A stretch of DNA of 64,000 nucleotides from Paramoeba atlantica (lineage: Eukaryota > Protista > Discosea): NCBI GenBank assembly GCA_977017575.1, contig CDRNVI010000026.1, positions 496,001 through 560,000 of the forward strand. The letters are read 5' to 3'. The notes under the pieces were generated by a model. The model ran no database searches. It had not been told where the DNA came from and was given only the letters and a program-made list of their open reading frames with translations. Each line of letters starts with the position of its first letter. The first letter of the stretch is position 1. This document shows positions 22,744 to 34,365 of this stretch, one piece after another. The position numbers were made by a program, and so were the translations under genes.

Positions 22744-23790
22744 GTAGTTTGGATGAGTACTCATCGAAACGACCTCTGCACATGGTACTTTGGATGAGTA
22801 CTTTTCACTATATTACCAACGTCTGACTCTGTAAGGCTAAACTGTGAACGTAGCCCTGGGACACGTGTGCTTCTCTCTAGATTCGTGGGAAGCAATTTGC
22901 GAAGCCCAACTACTTGATAACAAATTTTAGTACCCATTTTGGCCGCGCGGGGGCCCCCGCGTGAGCGGGGGTGCGCGCGGCCGCGAAACGGCGAGGGCCC
23001 GCGTGAGCGGGCCTGAGCCGTACCCCGCGTAGGATTCCCCTGTGCGTCGTTAGTGGGAAGCAATTTGCGAAGCTCACCGAATTTCGTAGTTTTCTCTACG
23101 CAGGCGTTGTCAACGTATGTAGTGAAGTGTAGGATACTGAACGCACGGAAAATGAAAATCAAAAAAAATTCTTGGGTGTTCCACAAAAGTCCTTGACTTA
23201 TGCAAAAGTCCTTGACTTCCACCGGCGCTGAGAACCTATGTCTGCCACTTCCGCAGGATTGTGTATTTTTGTACTATATTGCATCACCTATAACCTGGCA
23301 ACAATTTACGTGATTGCTGACTACGGAAGAAAGTACTCATGAGATGCGCCACGGAAGAAAGTACTCATCCAAAGTACCATGTGTAGGGGTCGTTTCAATG
23401 AGTACTCATCCAAACTACCGTGTGAAGAGGTCGTTTCGATGAGTACTCATCCAAACTACCATGTGAAGAGGACGTTTCGATGAGTACTCATCCAAACTAC
23501 CATGTGAAGAGGTCGTTTCGATGAGTACTCATCCAAACTACCATGTGAAGAGGACGTTTCGATGAATACTCATCCAAACTACCATGTGAAGAGGTCGTTT
23601 CAATGAGTACTCATCCAAACTACCATGTGAAGAGGACGTTTCGATGAGTACTCATCCAAACTACCATTACAACGCGATTTATGGTAGTTTGGATGAGTAC
23701 TTCCATTTTCGTCGGAGGCCGGTGATAGTGGTTTGGATGAGTACTCATCCAAACTACCACAACCCCCTAGGAGGTAATGGTAGTTTGGGT
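22744..23790. repeat. Palindrome-based spacer element: 61-bp inverted repeats, 41-bp tandem array and hairpins
   Basis: The unit GATGAGTACTCATCCAAACTACCATGTGAAGAGGTCGTTTC occurs about 7 times (23358-23667). Inverted copy at 22744-22804. Perfect 24-bp palindrome at 23731-23754. Confidence 0.9.
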
Positions 23791-23832
23791 GAGTACTCAT
23801 CGGAACTCCCACAATCCCCACAGATGCATCGA

Positions 23833-24993
23833 GCTCCCTCTGAAAAAGTGGCCAGCTGGCCACCCTATGAAAAAGTGGCCAGCTAGCCCCGCTTTGAAAA
23901 AGTGGCCACCTGGCCACCCTATGAAAAAGTGGCCACCTGGCCACCCTATGAAAAAGTGGCTACCTGGCCCCGCTTTGAAAAAGTGGCCACCTGGCCACCC
24001 TATGAAAAAGTGGCCACCTGGTCACCCTATGAAAAAGTGGCCACCTGGCCCCGCTTTGAAAAAGTGGCCACCTGGCCACCCTAAGAAAAAGTGGCCACCT
24101 TATCGAAAAGTGGCCACCTGGGCGCCCTATGATAAAGTGGCCAGCTGGCCACCCTATGAAAAAGTGGCTACCTGGCCCCGCTTTGAAAAAGTGGCCACCT
24201 GGCCACCCTATGAAAAAGTGGCCACCTGGCCACCCTATGAAAAAGTGGCCACCTGGCCACCCTATGAAAAAGTGGCCACCTGGTCACCCTATGAAAAAGT
24301 GGCCACCTGGCCACCCTATGAAAAAGTGGCCACCTGGCCACCCTATGAAAAAGTGGCCACCTGGCCCCGCTTTGAAAAAGTGGCCACCTGGCCACCCTAA
24401 GAAAAAGTGGCCACCTGGCCACCCTATGAAAAAGTGGCCACCTGGCCCCGCTTTGAAAAAGTGGCCACCTGGTCACCCTATGAAAAAGTGGCCACCTGGT
24501 CACCCTATGAAAAAGTGGCCACCTGGCCCCGCTTTGAAAAAGTGGCCACCTGGCCACCCTAAGAAAAAGTGGCCACCCTATCGAAAAGTGGCCACCTGGC
24601 CGCCCTATGAAAAAGTGGCCAGCTGGCCACCCTATGAAAAAGTGGCTACCTGGCCCCGCTTTGAAAAAGTGGCCACCTGGCCACCCTATGAAAAAGTGGC
24701 CACCTGGCCACCCTATGAAAAAGTGGCCAGCTGGCCACCCTATGAAAAAGTGGCTACCTGGCCCCGCTTTGTAAAAGTGGCCACCTGGCCACCCTATGAA
24801 AAAGTGGCCACCTGGCCACCCTATGAAAAAGTGGCCACCTGGTCACCCTATGAAAAAGTGGCCACCTGGCCACCCTATGAAAAAGTGGCCACCTGGCCAC
24901 CTTATGAAAAAGTAGCCACCTGGCCACCTTATGAAAAAGTGGCCACCTGGCCACCCTCTGGAAAAGTAACCACCTGGCCACCCTATGAAAAAG
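23833..24993 (+). repeat. Second 27-bp spacer array
   Basis: Same unit as 11149-13385. It starts with GAGCTCCCTCTGAAAAAGTGG, as also seen at ~12693. Confidence 0.95.
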
Positions 24994-26021
24994 TGTGGTG
25001 TCCGGGTGATAGCCAGGCACGATCCAAAATTTACTGCTTTTAGCCGCGTGTTCCAGGCTATGAAATCATAGCTTTTGCCGTACTGCACACTTTTTAGGCT
25101 GTGGGCACTACGGACGGCACATCGGCCAAGCATCCAATGATCATTTGTTAGTGTGTATGGGTATTTACCCTAGTTTCCTAGTGTTTCGTTGTGTTAACAC
25201 TGGGTAACTCCATACGCGGGAAAGAATCTGTCCTACTTTTTTAGCACCTTGATTTATTGGTGACGGGCAGACTCTTTCCGCGGCATTCCTCACACCCTAG
25301 TTCTTTAGCGCCTTGTTTTGTTGCCGCCGGGTGCTGGAATTGCTATTTTTGGAGATGAAAAAGGTCCAAAAAGTTGTTCACCCACTCACTGTAATCCTGT
25401 AAGAAACCCCTTTTGTCCTACAAGTGGGGTCGTAGCGGAAGCTTCTCTCGCGAGAGACTTCCCTATGTCGGTCCTCGTACTCTTTTGAAGCGGGGCTGAG
25501 ACAATTCACACCGTTGGCGGTGCAGGTGGTGAAAGAGAAAAAATTAGAGATCAGCAATGAGGGGATTCACGCGGCGACGTAGGCATTGAACAAGGGTTTT
25601 CTTTCTCAAAAGTTTCTACAGAAAGTGTGTGTTTCCACTCACGCACCTCACTGGAGACACCCCATTAACTGGGTAGCGCGAGACTTGCTAACCAACGCTT
25701 AAGTGAATCTCGTGTTGCGTCAGACTCTGCTTTGCTTGTATTCGCTAAAACTACACTGCTCCGGATTGTTAGAATTGAAGATTTTTATGCTTTGGTCTCT
25801 GCTGGAGATGGGGTGGGATTATCTCTCCCACCTGACGCATCCAAAAGGATATCTAGACAACATCATCCCGTTCGGTTAATAAGAAAGGGGTGCTTAACGA
25901 AAAAGTGGTGCTTAGCAAAGAAGGGGTGGGTTGCCTGGAAAAGTAACGTACCTTCTTGGTTTCCCGAAACGATTTATTCCGTGAGATCCCGATGATTGCG
26001 GGCTCCTTAGTCCTTCCCGAG
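24994..26021 (+). repeat. Second copy of the 18S-upstream block, not followed by an 18S gene
   Basis: Matches 13386-14402 and diverges after AGTCCTTCCCGAGA. Confidence 0.9.
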
Positions 26022-27054
26022 AAGAAGCGCACCCAGTTGCTCTTTTGTCAAATTTCGATAACTGTGAGAAACAAGCAACAACGACGGCCTCAGTTTGGAT
26101 CTTCCGCGACAAGAACATGGCGGGTAACTGGATAAGCAAGAGTGGAAGTAGAGTTCATCGATGCGCTAAAAGAAAATTGTATTTCGCATAGTTTATGATC
26201 ACACTTATAACTCTTGAAAGCCTAAGTTCGTACAGAAATTGTTGGAAGTGGTTCATATAGAATTACACAGTTGAACATTATAAACCCAGCTTCATCAAAA
26301 ATGGCCCCCCACTTTTGTTTCGTACAAATGTCCGTTTGAGCTGATTTTTGTACCATTTTGCAGATCTCACAGGAACTTTGCGCGCTTACAGAGAACACCG
26401 CAACAGAGAACACCGATTTTTTATAATGTACAATTACAATTTTTTTTCACTCTTCCGCCTTTCAATCTTATACACTTAGGACCAACTTAGGACCGTATTG
26501 TCGACCACATTTTGAGATAAACAAGACCACACTTTATGTACACATCGGATGAATGAAGGCTTATCCGATGGGGTCTGTTCGTAGAAATATATAATGAGGG
26601 GGGAATCTACCTCGCTCAATGTTTTTACTTACGTCATACTCGTCATACATGTGTCAAACATTAATCCTCCAACGATTCCTTCCAACGATTCGGTTCGTCC
26701 GGGCCGCGGAAAGTACATACGTAAACGTTCGGCTTTCCAGGAAGTGGTTTCAAGTGAGAAGATCCGTGTCCTTTACAAGAAGGAGGAGAAAGCAAGCCAT
26801 GATTACTCATCCAGGTCTCTAAGCGTCTACCCTCTAGAATATCACGCACACTTCGCCACGTAAGGCCGAATGCGAACCCCAAGCATCCAGTGCACAAGGG
26901 GCAAAAAATATAATAGTTGGGCCTAGCCTCCACACACGTAAACTAGGTGTCGCAGTATAGGGAAACAATACGCCTACTTTTAAAGTGAAGTAATACACTT
27001 TTAGTGAAGTAATATTCTCTTGAGTACTTGTCATTTTTTAACTTATTTTAACTC

Positions 27055-28005
27055 ATGCTTACCCAACACGAATTATCTAAGAGTAGCATGCAAACTGAAA
27101 GTGTTTACGACATTTGGGCCTCCGATCATGGCAACAACTTGTGCGAATCCAAACTTTCTGACAACGAAAATGCACTCGAGGATAAAAAACTGGATGAGGC
27201 GTTTGCTGGATTGAAACCGAAGCGGTCGGCTCGCACGGTGCTACCCCCCGTGCCTGTATTTTCATCTCACCCTAAACACGTGTCCGATGGTGTGGATTTT
27301 TCGTATGCCTCACCCTCCTATCCCCACTCGGGTCAGTCCATTAACCCCGACCCCGTGGAGCATGAAAAAGCACTTCAACTCGCTGTGGCGATGCTTTCTA
27401 AAAAAGAGGAGAAGCAAAAAAGAGTCCTTGCTCGTATCCGTGGCGCTGATCTTAAAAAATCCACGAATGACGCTCGTCCGGTCGAGTCTCCAATTCTTGA
27501 GGAGATAGCCAACGACGAATCCCTACAAAACGTAAATTCGCGTCGAAAAACAAAAAAAGAGCGTAGACTTCACCGTGAGCGTAAAATTCATCTCTCCATG
27601 GCCTCCAAGCAGCAAACCCGACAACGGGTTCTTGAAAAAGATATTCAAAACATTGAAAAGTACAAAAAGGAGATCGAGAACAAAATAAAAGCGCGTGAGG
27701 CCCCACGTGGTTTACCCCAGCGTAATCGAAAGTACGGGAAGCACGCTGTACTTCGTAGGGCGATGGATATCCTGCCGGAGGCCCCCGAGTGTCTCCGGGA
27801 CGCCTCCGGGGGCTCCACCCACCCCCTGGAGGAGATGTACGAGAGGGCGCAGTGCCAGGGGAGGGTGGAGGCCACACGGAAGCACACCGCGAAGACGCGG
27901 AGGGTTTCCCGCTCACGCTGGGTTTGGGTCTCCGATGACAAGCACCATGTCACGCGACAAGGGCCCGCGGCCACGGATGAGGGGTCGCGTAAAAGAAAGC
28001 GGTGA
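27055..28005 (+). CDS. NOP53: Ribosome biogenesis factor Nop53/GLTSCR2-like
   Basis: YDIW, PHSGQSINPDPVEHEKAL (cf. HxGxSYNP..H), a K/R-rich coiled coil and C-terminal LR...RGRVE. Confidence 0.72.
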   Translation: MLTQHELSKSSMQTESVYDIWASDHGNNLCESKLSDNENALEDKKLDEAFAGLKPKRSARTVLPPVPVFSSHPKHVSDGVDFSYASPSYPHSGQSINPDPVEHEKALQLAVAMLSKKEEKQKRVLARIRGADLKKSTNDARPVESPILEEIANDESLQNVNSRRKTKKERRLHRERKIHLSMASKQQTRQRVLEKDIQNIEKYKKEIENKIKAREAPRGLPQRNRKYGKHAVLRRAMDILPEAPECLRDASGGSTHPLEEMYERAQCQGRVEATRKHTAKTRRVSRSRWVWVSDDKHHVTRQGPAATDEGSRKRKR

Positions 28006-28412
28006 AGTCAGGAAATTTGTAGGGTTGTTGCGGGCTGACTTCCACGTGAGTAACAGGCTGAGGAAAGCGGAGTGAACGCATCACAAAGGTAGTCTTGGTG
28101 TCGGGGCCATTGAAATGCTACGTGACCTGATGCCTCAGACTGCTTTGTGTACTCTTCGTATTTAAGCATAGTCGTTGCGCTGGTCGGAAGTTTTGATATT
28201 TTTTGTGTGGTAGTTTTGGGTATTTCATGTTTTACACTTTTTCTCATGAGTTTGTATTGATCTAGAAATATCGGTCACAACTTGGTCTTGTGTAAACAAA
28301 CATATCTCTATTTTGTGTGTTTGCACGACATGTATGCGGTATTTCGTATTTCAACGTGGTTAGATGCTAGTGAGACGGTTGCTTTTCCTTTTTTCAAACA
28401 TTTCCCGCTCAA

Positions 28413-31400
28413 ATGAATTCTGTTCTCGATAGCCTTCAAAACCTTCAGCAATACTTTCAGAGTTCGTACGACCTTCCGGTGTTTTTAAGCACGAATCGCA
28501 CGCTTTTGCACTCTTTGCACGGGAAATCATTAGAACACTTACAGGGATCAGACAATCATCCTTCTTCGGCATCGATCATCGAGGCACTTGTCTCTGAAAG
28601 CGAAAACCTTTCAGATACGACTACCCATCCGTCCATAGTTGACACGGATGGCAATGCTTTCGCATCCAATGCCTTATGGGATTTCGGAAGTCTTTTTGAG
28701 CAAATGATCCAATTAAACCGTTTTGATTCAACCCTGTCGTTTGATCCTAACGAGTCGCCTTCTCCCGAGTCGAATTCTAAGGTTCCAGCTAAACCAACGC
28801 TTGAACGCGAGTGTCCCGTTTGGAATGATTTACTCCTTCATTGCGGGACGGACACAACCTCCGAGAAAACCAAAACAGAAGTACAGTTTCCTGGTCCCAT
28901 GGCATGCACGTTGTCACGACGAACACTAAAAACGCTATGTGATCCACACATTACTTTTCTAGCCGCAGAGAAGTCGGACGGGCTACGTTCTCTTCTCTAC
29001 GTGCTCCATGAGCCTCACTTCCCGCAGTGGTCGGTGCAACCCCTCCCCCAGAACCCACCCCCAGCTCCTCCTTTGATCTATTTCGGTCTTATGGATATTT
29101 TAGCTCTCGAAACGGCATTAGCACAATTACTGTCCCACCGTACCGATTCCAATGATCTTCTCGAGGACACCTCTTCCTTAGTCTCTTGTGTGTCTCTTTC
29201 CAAAGACGTGCGTAATCTGTTTCACCCCTCCAGTGCCTCCATGACCTCTTCTTTTCTCTATTACTTGTCGTTTTCTTCAAAAGCAACAAATTCAAAAACA
29301 GAAAAAACAACAGAATCAACCGAATGCGACCCCCACACGAGCAAACCCGAAAACTCATTTCTCTTAACTTTGCGTGAGATCAAAGGGTTCGAGTCGGAGG
29401 CCGTTGGCTCTTTTACACTGACCCGATCCCCCCGGCCCGGTCGCTTCTTCTCCTATTTCATCGACCGGCGCGCGGACGGGCTGTATCTGCTCAACGAGGA
29501 GTTAGCCTTCGCCCCCCGCGCGCTGTGCAGTGCGGTATGCGACGGGGAGCTCGTGATGAATTTAAAGCAGCGGCGACTGAGTTACCTGATGTTTGATCTC
29601 GCAGGGGTACGGCTGTGGGGGAAGAGACAGCCTCCGGGAGGTTGTGTGGACTCGAGCGAAAATCGAATGAACCCATCGAATGGATTTGTGGCCCCTTCGT
29701 GTACCTTTCATGCGCTAGGTCGGGATGGGGTTACATCGCTTCGTGCCCGTGTTCGTTTGTTGGATAGGGTTTTGATTGAAGGCCATTACGCGGCCCATGC
29801 GATGCGAAACACGAATCTGCCGAAAAGTTTGCAGCTTTTGTCGAAAACGTATTTTAGGCTATCCGAGCTTCCGGCTCTGGTGGCGAAGTTAGAGAGGACT
29901 CCAATAGGGGACAACGAAAAGGGGGAAACGGGGAAAACAAATTTTGATGAAACGAAACAACGAAATAAAAATGGTTTTCACCATCGCTACACCTACGAGG
30001 GGCATCACTGGAACGATGGGATTATCTTTGCTCCGGATTCTCCGGAGTTTTATCCCTTTGTGCCGCGCTCCGTGCCGTTGTTGTTGAAATGGAAATGGCC
30101 GGAGGCGGAGACGGTGGATTGGTGGGTGCAGTCGAGCACCGCAGCAGCTCGTGGGGGTTCGAAAAAGGAAGAGAGCGAGGAAAAGAAGGCTGGGGTGAAA
30201 AAATCAAAATTTTCCTCCCGGGCGTCGTCGGAGGCTGCGTCATCTTCAGTCATGCATGCCCTCTGTTTCCATATTAAAAAATACCAAAAGGGGACGGTTG
30301 CGTTTTCGGAACACGTGAGGTATAAAACTACATTGCTGGACGTTACAGCACTGGGGATAAGTCCCTCTTCGGCTTGCTTCCAAAACGGCTGTGTGGTGGA
30401 GTGTGGCTGGGACTCGAGTCGAGCCCGATGGGTCGCGAAACGACTACGACCGGAGAAAAAAAACGCAAACGCGTTTCACACCGCATTCTCCGTTCTGGAA
30501 GCGATTACCGAACAGTTGGAGCTTCCAGAGTTGTTATCCCATATTCAAAGCTCTTCCTCCGGAAACGCTTCTTTTTTAAAATCAAATTCTGAGACCCATT
30601 CCCCTGTTTTGACCTCAAATCCGGACTTTTCTCCTTCCTCCCACCCCCTCCCCTACACCTGTTTACCGGAAACTTACTTTTATCTCCGAGCTTCTGTCGA
30701 AAAATCGAAAAAGATTCTTATCCATCTCCAAACCTTAGTAAAAACCAAAGCCCAGCGCCATCCCCTCCCGATGAATCTCCTCGAGCTCTCCAGCTGTGTC
30801 GGATTAAACACAAATTCACACGAAATGCTTTTTGCGGTTTTGCTCCTTGCCTTAGCCAACCACGGGGGCAGCGTGACGTACTCGAGGCTGCGGGTCCGGG
30901 CCTACTTTGAGCCCAGGACGGGGAGCTGGGTGTTAACGCAGCTGGTAGGGGAGTGCGGGCAAAAGGGGAATCATCACAATCCTAAAGTGGAGGCCACAAG
31001 CGTGTTGAACCATTTGGAAGCCCAAGCAGTGGTGCTGGGGCAGGACCCGGAGGTTGTGTTTGTGGGGGAAAAAGGGGAAATGGAAGACAACGAAGAAAAG
31101 GAAGAAATGAAAACCATCAAGAGGTTAGAGGACGAAACACAGAGAAGAGACCACGGCAGGTTTTCGAAGGAAAAAGGGGAAAGAGAATTTGAAAACAGAG
31201 AAGATACCCAGCAAAACGGTTGGTTAATCCCAAAAGGTGTTTTTCCGCACATTCCCGAAAAATGTTTTTATTATGACGTAAAGGCACACTCGAGCTGCTC
31301 TTCATCTTCTGCTGCTGCTGCTGCTTCTGTTTTTCACCACTATGACAATCGTGCACGTGAACAAAACGCGTCCTGCAGTGCCACCGAGTCGGCCATCCGA

Positions 31401-32552
31401 AGTGTGAACAATATTATCAAAACGGTGTTGATTTCAGAGGCCACAAAGTATTGGCGAAACGCGGCGCATCTTTCCGATCGGCCCCAATCGCATCCGATCG
31501 TGTTTGACTTGGCCTGTGGTCGGGGAGGGGATTTGTACAAATGGAAGGAAGTCAACCCCGCCTATGTGGTTCTCATCGATGGGGCTTTTCATGCCCTCGC
31601 GGCAGCCGCGGGTCGGTATGCGGTGGGGAAAGGACTCAGCACAAACAGCGCGACCGGAGGGGGTATCGAAGTCCAGTTTCATTGCTCGGATTGTTTTCGT
31701 GAGGACTTAAACCCGATATTAGAATCTTTACTAAAATATGCCCCGCGGGGGGAGCTGGATATGGTCGCCTGTCAGTTTTCCCTTCACTACGCTTTTGAAT
31801 CGGAGGCGACGGTCCGTCAAATGTTACATAATGTCACGTGTAAGCTGAAATCGGGGGGGTTGTTTATCGGCACCGTGATTGAGGATACGGCGCTGGCAAA
31901 ATATCTTGCACAGAAAGAAGCAAAAGGTTGGCAAGGTGTGGAGAACAGCGAAAACGAGGATGAGTTTTCGTTTTCCGTAGATCCCTGTGGGGAGAAGTGG
32001 ACGAAATCGAACCTTTCCGATGCCTCGAGTTGGGATTTCGGTCAGTCATATCGTTTTTCACTCGGCACATCTGTACAAGGGGAAGAAGAGTATGTGGTTC
32101 CGTGGGAGAAGTTCCTCGCAACGGCGTCCGAATACGGACTCGTGGACTGTCTTGCGGCGGATAATTTTGAGACGTGGTTTGTGAATGCGCTTTCCCAGAG
32201 AAGCACAATCCAAGAAACCCCTCGTGGTTCAAAAGATAATGAGATAAAGTGTTCTTCTTCACGGTCCCCCACTTCGCTTTTTTCGTTTTTAGAGGAGGAT
32301 GTGTCGGATACAAAGCAGTACGGAGCTGTGACCAGCGATTCTTTTGCTTCTCTCTGGCAATCTCACTATCAAGGCCCGCAGCTGGAGCTTTTAAAATGCA
32401 AGAAAAACAGAAGGAGAAGCTCTTCGTGCACATCGTCGTACGAAGACGATTTGTCAGAAACTCATCCGGTTTCTCCTTGGGAGTCGGAGGTGGTGAGTTC
32501 GGTGCGCAGCGTCTGTGGTCTTTATCGTGCCTTTGTTTTCAAAAAGTCTTAG
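28413..32552 (+). CDS. CGM1: Bifunctional mRNA cap guanylyltransferase / guanine-N7 methyltransferase
   Basis: GTase motifs AEKSDG (I), CDGELV (III), YLMFDL (IIIa), NDGIIF (IV), LLKWK (V), KRLRPEK (VI). MTase motifs FDLACGRGGDLYKW, CQFSLHYAFESE, FIGT, EYVVPW. Confidence 0.92.
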   Translation: MNSVLDSLQNLQQYFQSSYDLPVFLSTNRTLLHSLHGKSLEHLQGSDNHPSSASIIEALVSESENLSDTTTHPSIVDTDGNAFASNALWDFGSLFEQMIQLNRFDSTLSFDPNESPSPESNSKVPAKPTLERECPVWNDLLLHCGTDTTSEKTKTEVQFPGPMACTLSRRTLKTLCDPHITFLAAEKSDGLRSLLYVLHEPHFPQWSVQPLPQNPPPAPPLIYFGLMDILALETALAQLLSHRTDSNDLLEDTSSLVSCVSLSKDVRNLFHPSSASMTSSFLYYLSFSSKATNSKTEKTTESTECDPHTSKPENSFLLTLREIKGFESEAVGSFTLTRSPRPGRFFSYFIDRRADGLYLLNEELAFAPRALCSAVCDGELVMNLKQRRLSYLMFDLAGVRLWGKRQPPGGCVDSSENRMNPSNGFVAPSCTFHALGRDGVTSLRARVRLLDRVLIEGHYAAHAMRNTNLPKSLQLLSKTYFRLSELPALVAKLERTPIGDNEKGETGKTNFDETKQRNKNGFHHRYTYEGHHWNDGIIFAPDSPEFYPFVPRSVPLLLKWKWPEAETVDWWVQSSTAAARGGSKKEESEEKKAGVKKSKFSSRASSEAASSSVMHALCFHIKKYQKGTVAFSEHVRYKTTLLDVTALGISPSSACFQNGCVVECGWDSSRARWVAKRLRPEKKNANAFHTAFSVLEAITEQLELPELLSHIQSSSSGNASFLKSNSETHSPVLTSNPDFSPSSHPLPYTCLPETYFYLRASVEKSKKILIHLQTLVKTKAQRHPLPMNLLELSSCVGLNTNSHEMLFAVLLLALANHGGSVTYSRLRVRAYFEPRTGSWVLTQLVGECGQKGNHHNPKVEATSVLNHLEAQAVVLGQDPEVVFVGEKGEMEDNEEKEEMKTIKRLEDETQRRDHGRFSKEKGEREFENREDTQQNGWLIPKGVFPHIPEKCFYYDVKAHSSCSSSSAAAAASVFHHYDNRAREQNASCSATESAIRSVNNIIKTVLISEATKYWRNAAHLSDRPQSHPIVFDLACGRGGDLYKWKEVNPAYVVLIDGAFHALAAAAGRYAVGKGLSTNSATGGGIEVQFHCSDCFREDLNPILESLLKYAPRGELDMVACQFSLHYAFESEATVRQMLHNVTCKLKSGGLFIGTVIEDTALAKYLAQKEAKGWQGVENSENEDEFSFSVDPCGEKWTKSNLSDASSWDFGQSYRFSLGTSVQGEEEYVVPWEKFLATASEYGLVDCLAADNFETWFVNALSQRSTIQETPRGSKDNEIKCSSSRSPTSLFSFLEEDVSDTKQYGAVTSDSFASLWQSHYQGPQLELLKCKKNRRRSSSCTSSYEDDLSETHPVSPWESEVVSSVRSVCGLYRAFVFKKS

Positions 32553-32749
32553 ACCTTTTGGAGTATCTTCTATTTTATGGATGATCTGTGTGATTTACAT
32601 TTTTCGATTCACTTCTTTGTTGTGTGGTTGATTACGGTGTTTTATTTTTACAAAGGGAACTTTCATGGCTGTTTTTTGTCTTACCCAGTCTCAGTATCTT
32701 AATGCACTATGGTAAGGCGCTCTCTTTTAGCTTTATCAATTTTATCCCC

Positions 32750-32965
32750 ATGTTCAACTTACATGAATATTGTGATGCTAAAGATTCTGATCTGCGACGT
32801 GGGAAAGTTTCTTCGGCTTTTCTGCCTCAGTATCAATTGATGGAACGTTTTATTCAGAACATTCACAATACAATGCCGTCGTGGAAAACTGCGAAACGAA
32901 GTGGTTGGCTTAGTCATATCAAATGTGTCTCGTTGTGTACGTGGGAAGGTGTAAATTGCAATGAC
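32750..32965 (+). pseudogene. Truncated N-terminal cap of the LRR family
   Basis: RRGKVSSAFLPQYQLMERFIQNI...SLCTWEGVNC resembles the caps of 39869 and 45619, but no LRRs follow. Confidence 0.55.
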
Positions 32966-34365
32966 CTGTGTTATTGGCCAGTCTACTGGCCACCAATAGC
33001 CTATTGGTATCTCCCTCGTCCACTTTAGCCTGGGTTTTTTAAATTAAACCACACACCCGTTTATCATACCTATACCTTGGATAACATACCTGGGTGATAT
33101 GTTATTCTGGCCCGCGACACTTAACATACCCCCCCTTCGTCCCACGGCTTTTTTTGTGCAACGGTACAAAACTCCAACCGTCGATTACCTCAATCGAGTC
33201 CTCTGAATCATATTCGTCTGAATTTGACGAAGATGGTTCTTCTCCTGGCGGATTTCCGTTCAATGCCATGGTATTAGTAGGAAAATCGTTGTGACAGTTC
33301 TCGCCGTATTCGAAAGCGCAGGTAAAATTTATCTATGTGTTCTATGAACACTTTTTTTTTCATTGAACACATAGAACGCATTGAACACTTTTTGGGGAGG
33401 TACACATCCCACGAACATGTTGAGTATTTTTCATAAACCTCTTTTTTTTTTGCGCATATCCAAGTGATTACACATGCCCTAGCTATGCAGTATAAGAATA
33501 CCGCGGTATGAGGTTCTCTCTTAGTACGCGTGGCAGCTTTTTTTGTACTCGCCGAACGTAATGCATTTCTTATTTCAAAATATTTTTGTTGTTGTTATAA
33601 AAAACTATTGTTTCCCGCATTTAGTCAAGCAGGTCTATTACTCTCAACAATTTCTAATGAGAGGACGAGGTCCCACAGGAACCTTTCGTGCCCGTCGAAG
33701 AAAAATGGGGAACCACCCCAATCGATTACATGGGGAACCAATCCAAATCCAAAAATAAATCCAATATCCAATTTCTTTTTTAGGCTCTTCGTTAAACGCG
33801 GTGGTTGTTTTCAACTTAGAAGTCACTCATGCTGCGCACTTCGCGTTGAAAACTACCACCGCGTTTAACGAAGGGCCTAAAATAGAAAAATTACCAAAAG
33901 ATCATGAATAATCTACTTTATTAGGTAAAAAAGCCCGATTTTTAAGCGAAAATTTCGAAATTTTAACCCGAATTTTGGCCGTTTTTGATGCCTTACCAGT
34001 AGGGGTAGGAGGCGAATCTGACGAAAACAACACCGTAGAATGGTAGCTGAGGTCCAAAACTCTTAAAATACGTTTTAGGAGTCGATTTTGGAAAAATAAT
34101 ATTTTTTCCTTTTTTTTATCAAAAAGTTTTTTTTCTTGGTCACCCCAAAAATTTCGGAAAGTTTGACCATGTCGGACCCCTCCTGCGCGTAACAGACCAG
34201 GTCGGGGGGCAGAAAATTATCGCCGCGGCCTACTCTTCCCGGCGCTCGATTTTGAAAAGCAAAAAATTCGAGAAAAAAAAATCGCAACGTATGCCCCTCC
34301 CCCTGGACCCCCCATTTTTTTCAATATTTTTTTTCAGTTTTGGACTACCGGAGCCCTCTTTTATA

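Noticed and set aside
23255-23285. TTTTGTACTATATTG resembling the 3' end of the spliced-leader exon
   Set aside because: It is not followed by the GT donor, there is no AACTAA 5' end, and there is no Sm site or tandem array.
23358-23667. 41-bp palindromic repeats resembling a CRISPR array
   Set aside because: The units are contiguous with no unique spacers, there are no cas genes, and the context is a eukaryotic rDNA spacer.
11149-25133. Long ORFs such as KVATWPPYE... and KKWPPGHPM..., and the many short ORFs across the rRNA genes
   Set aside because: They are by-products of a stop-poor 27-bp repeat and of rRNA sequence.
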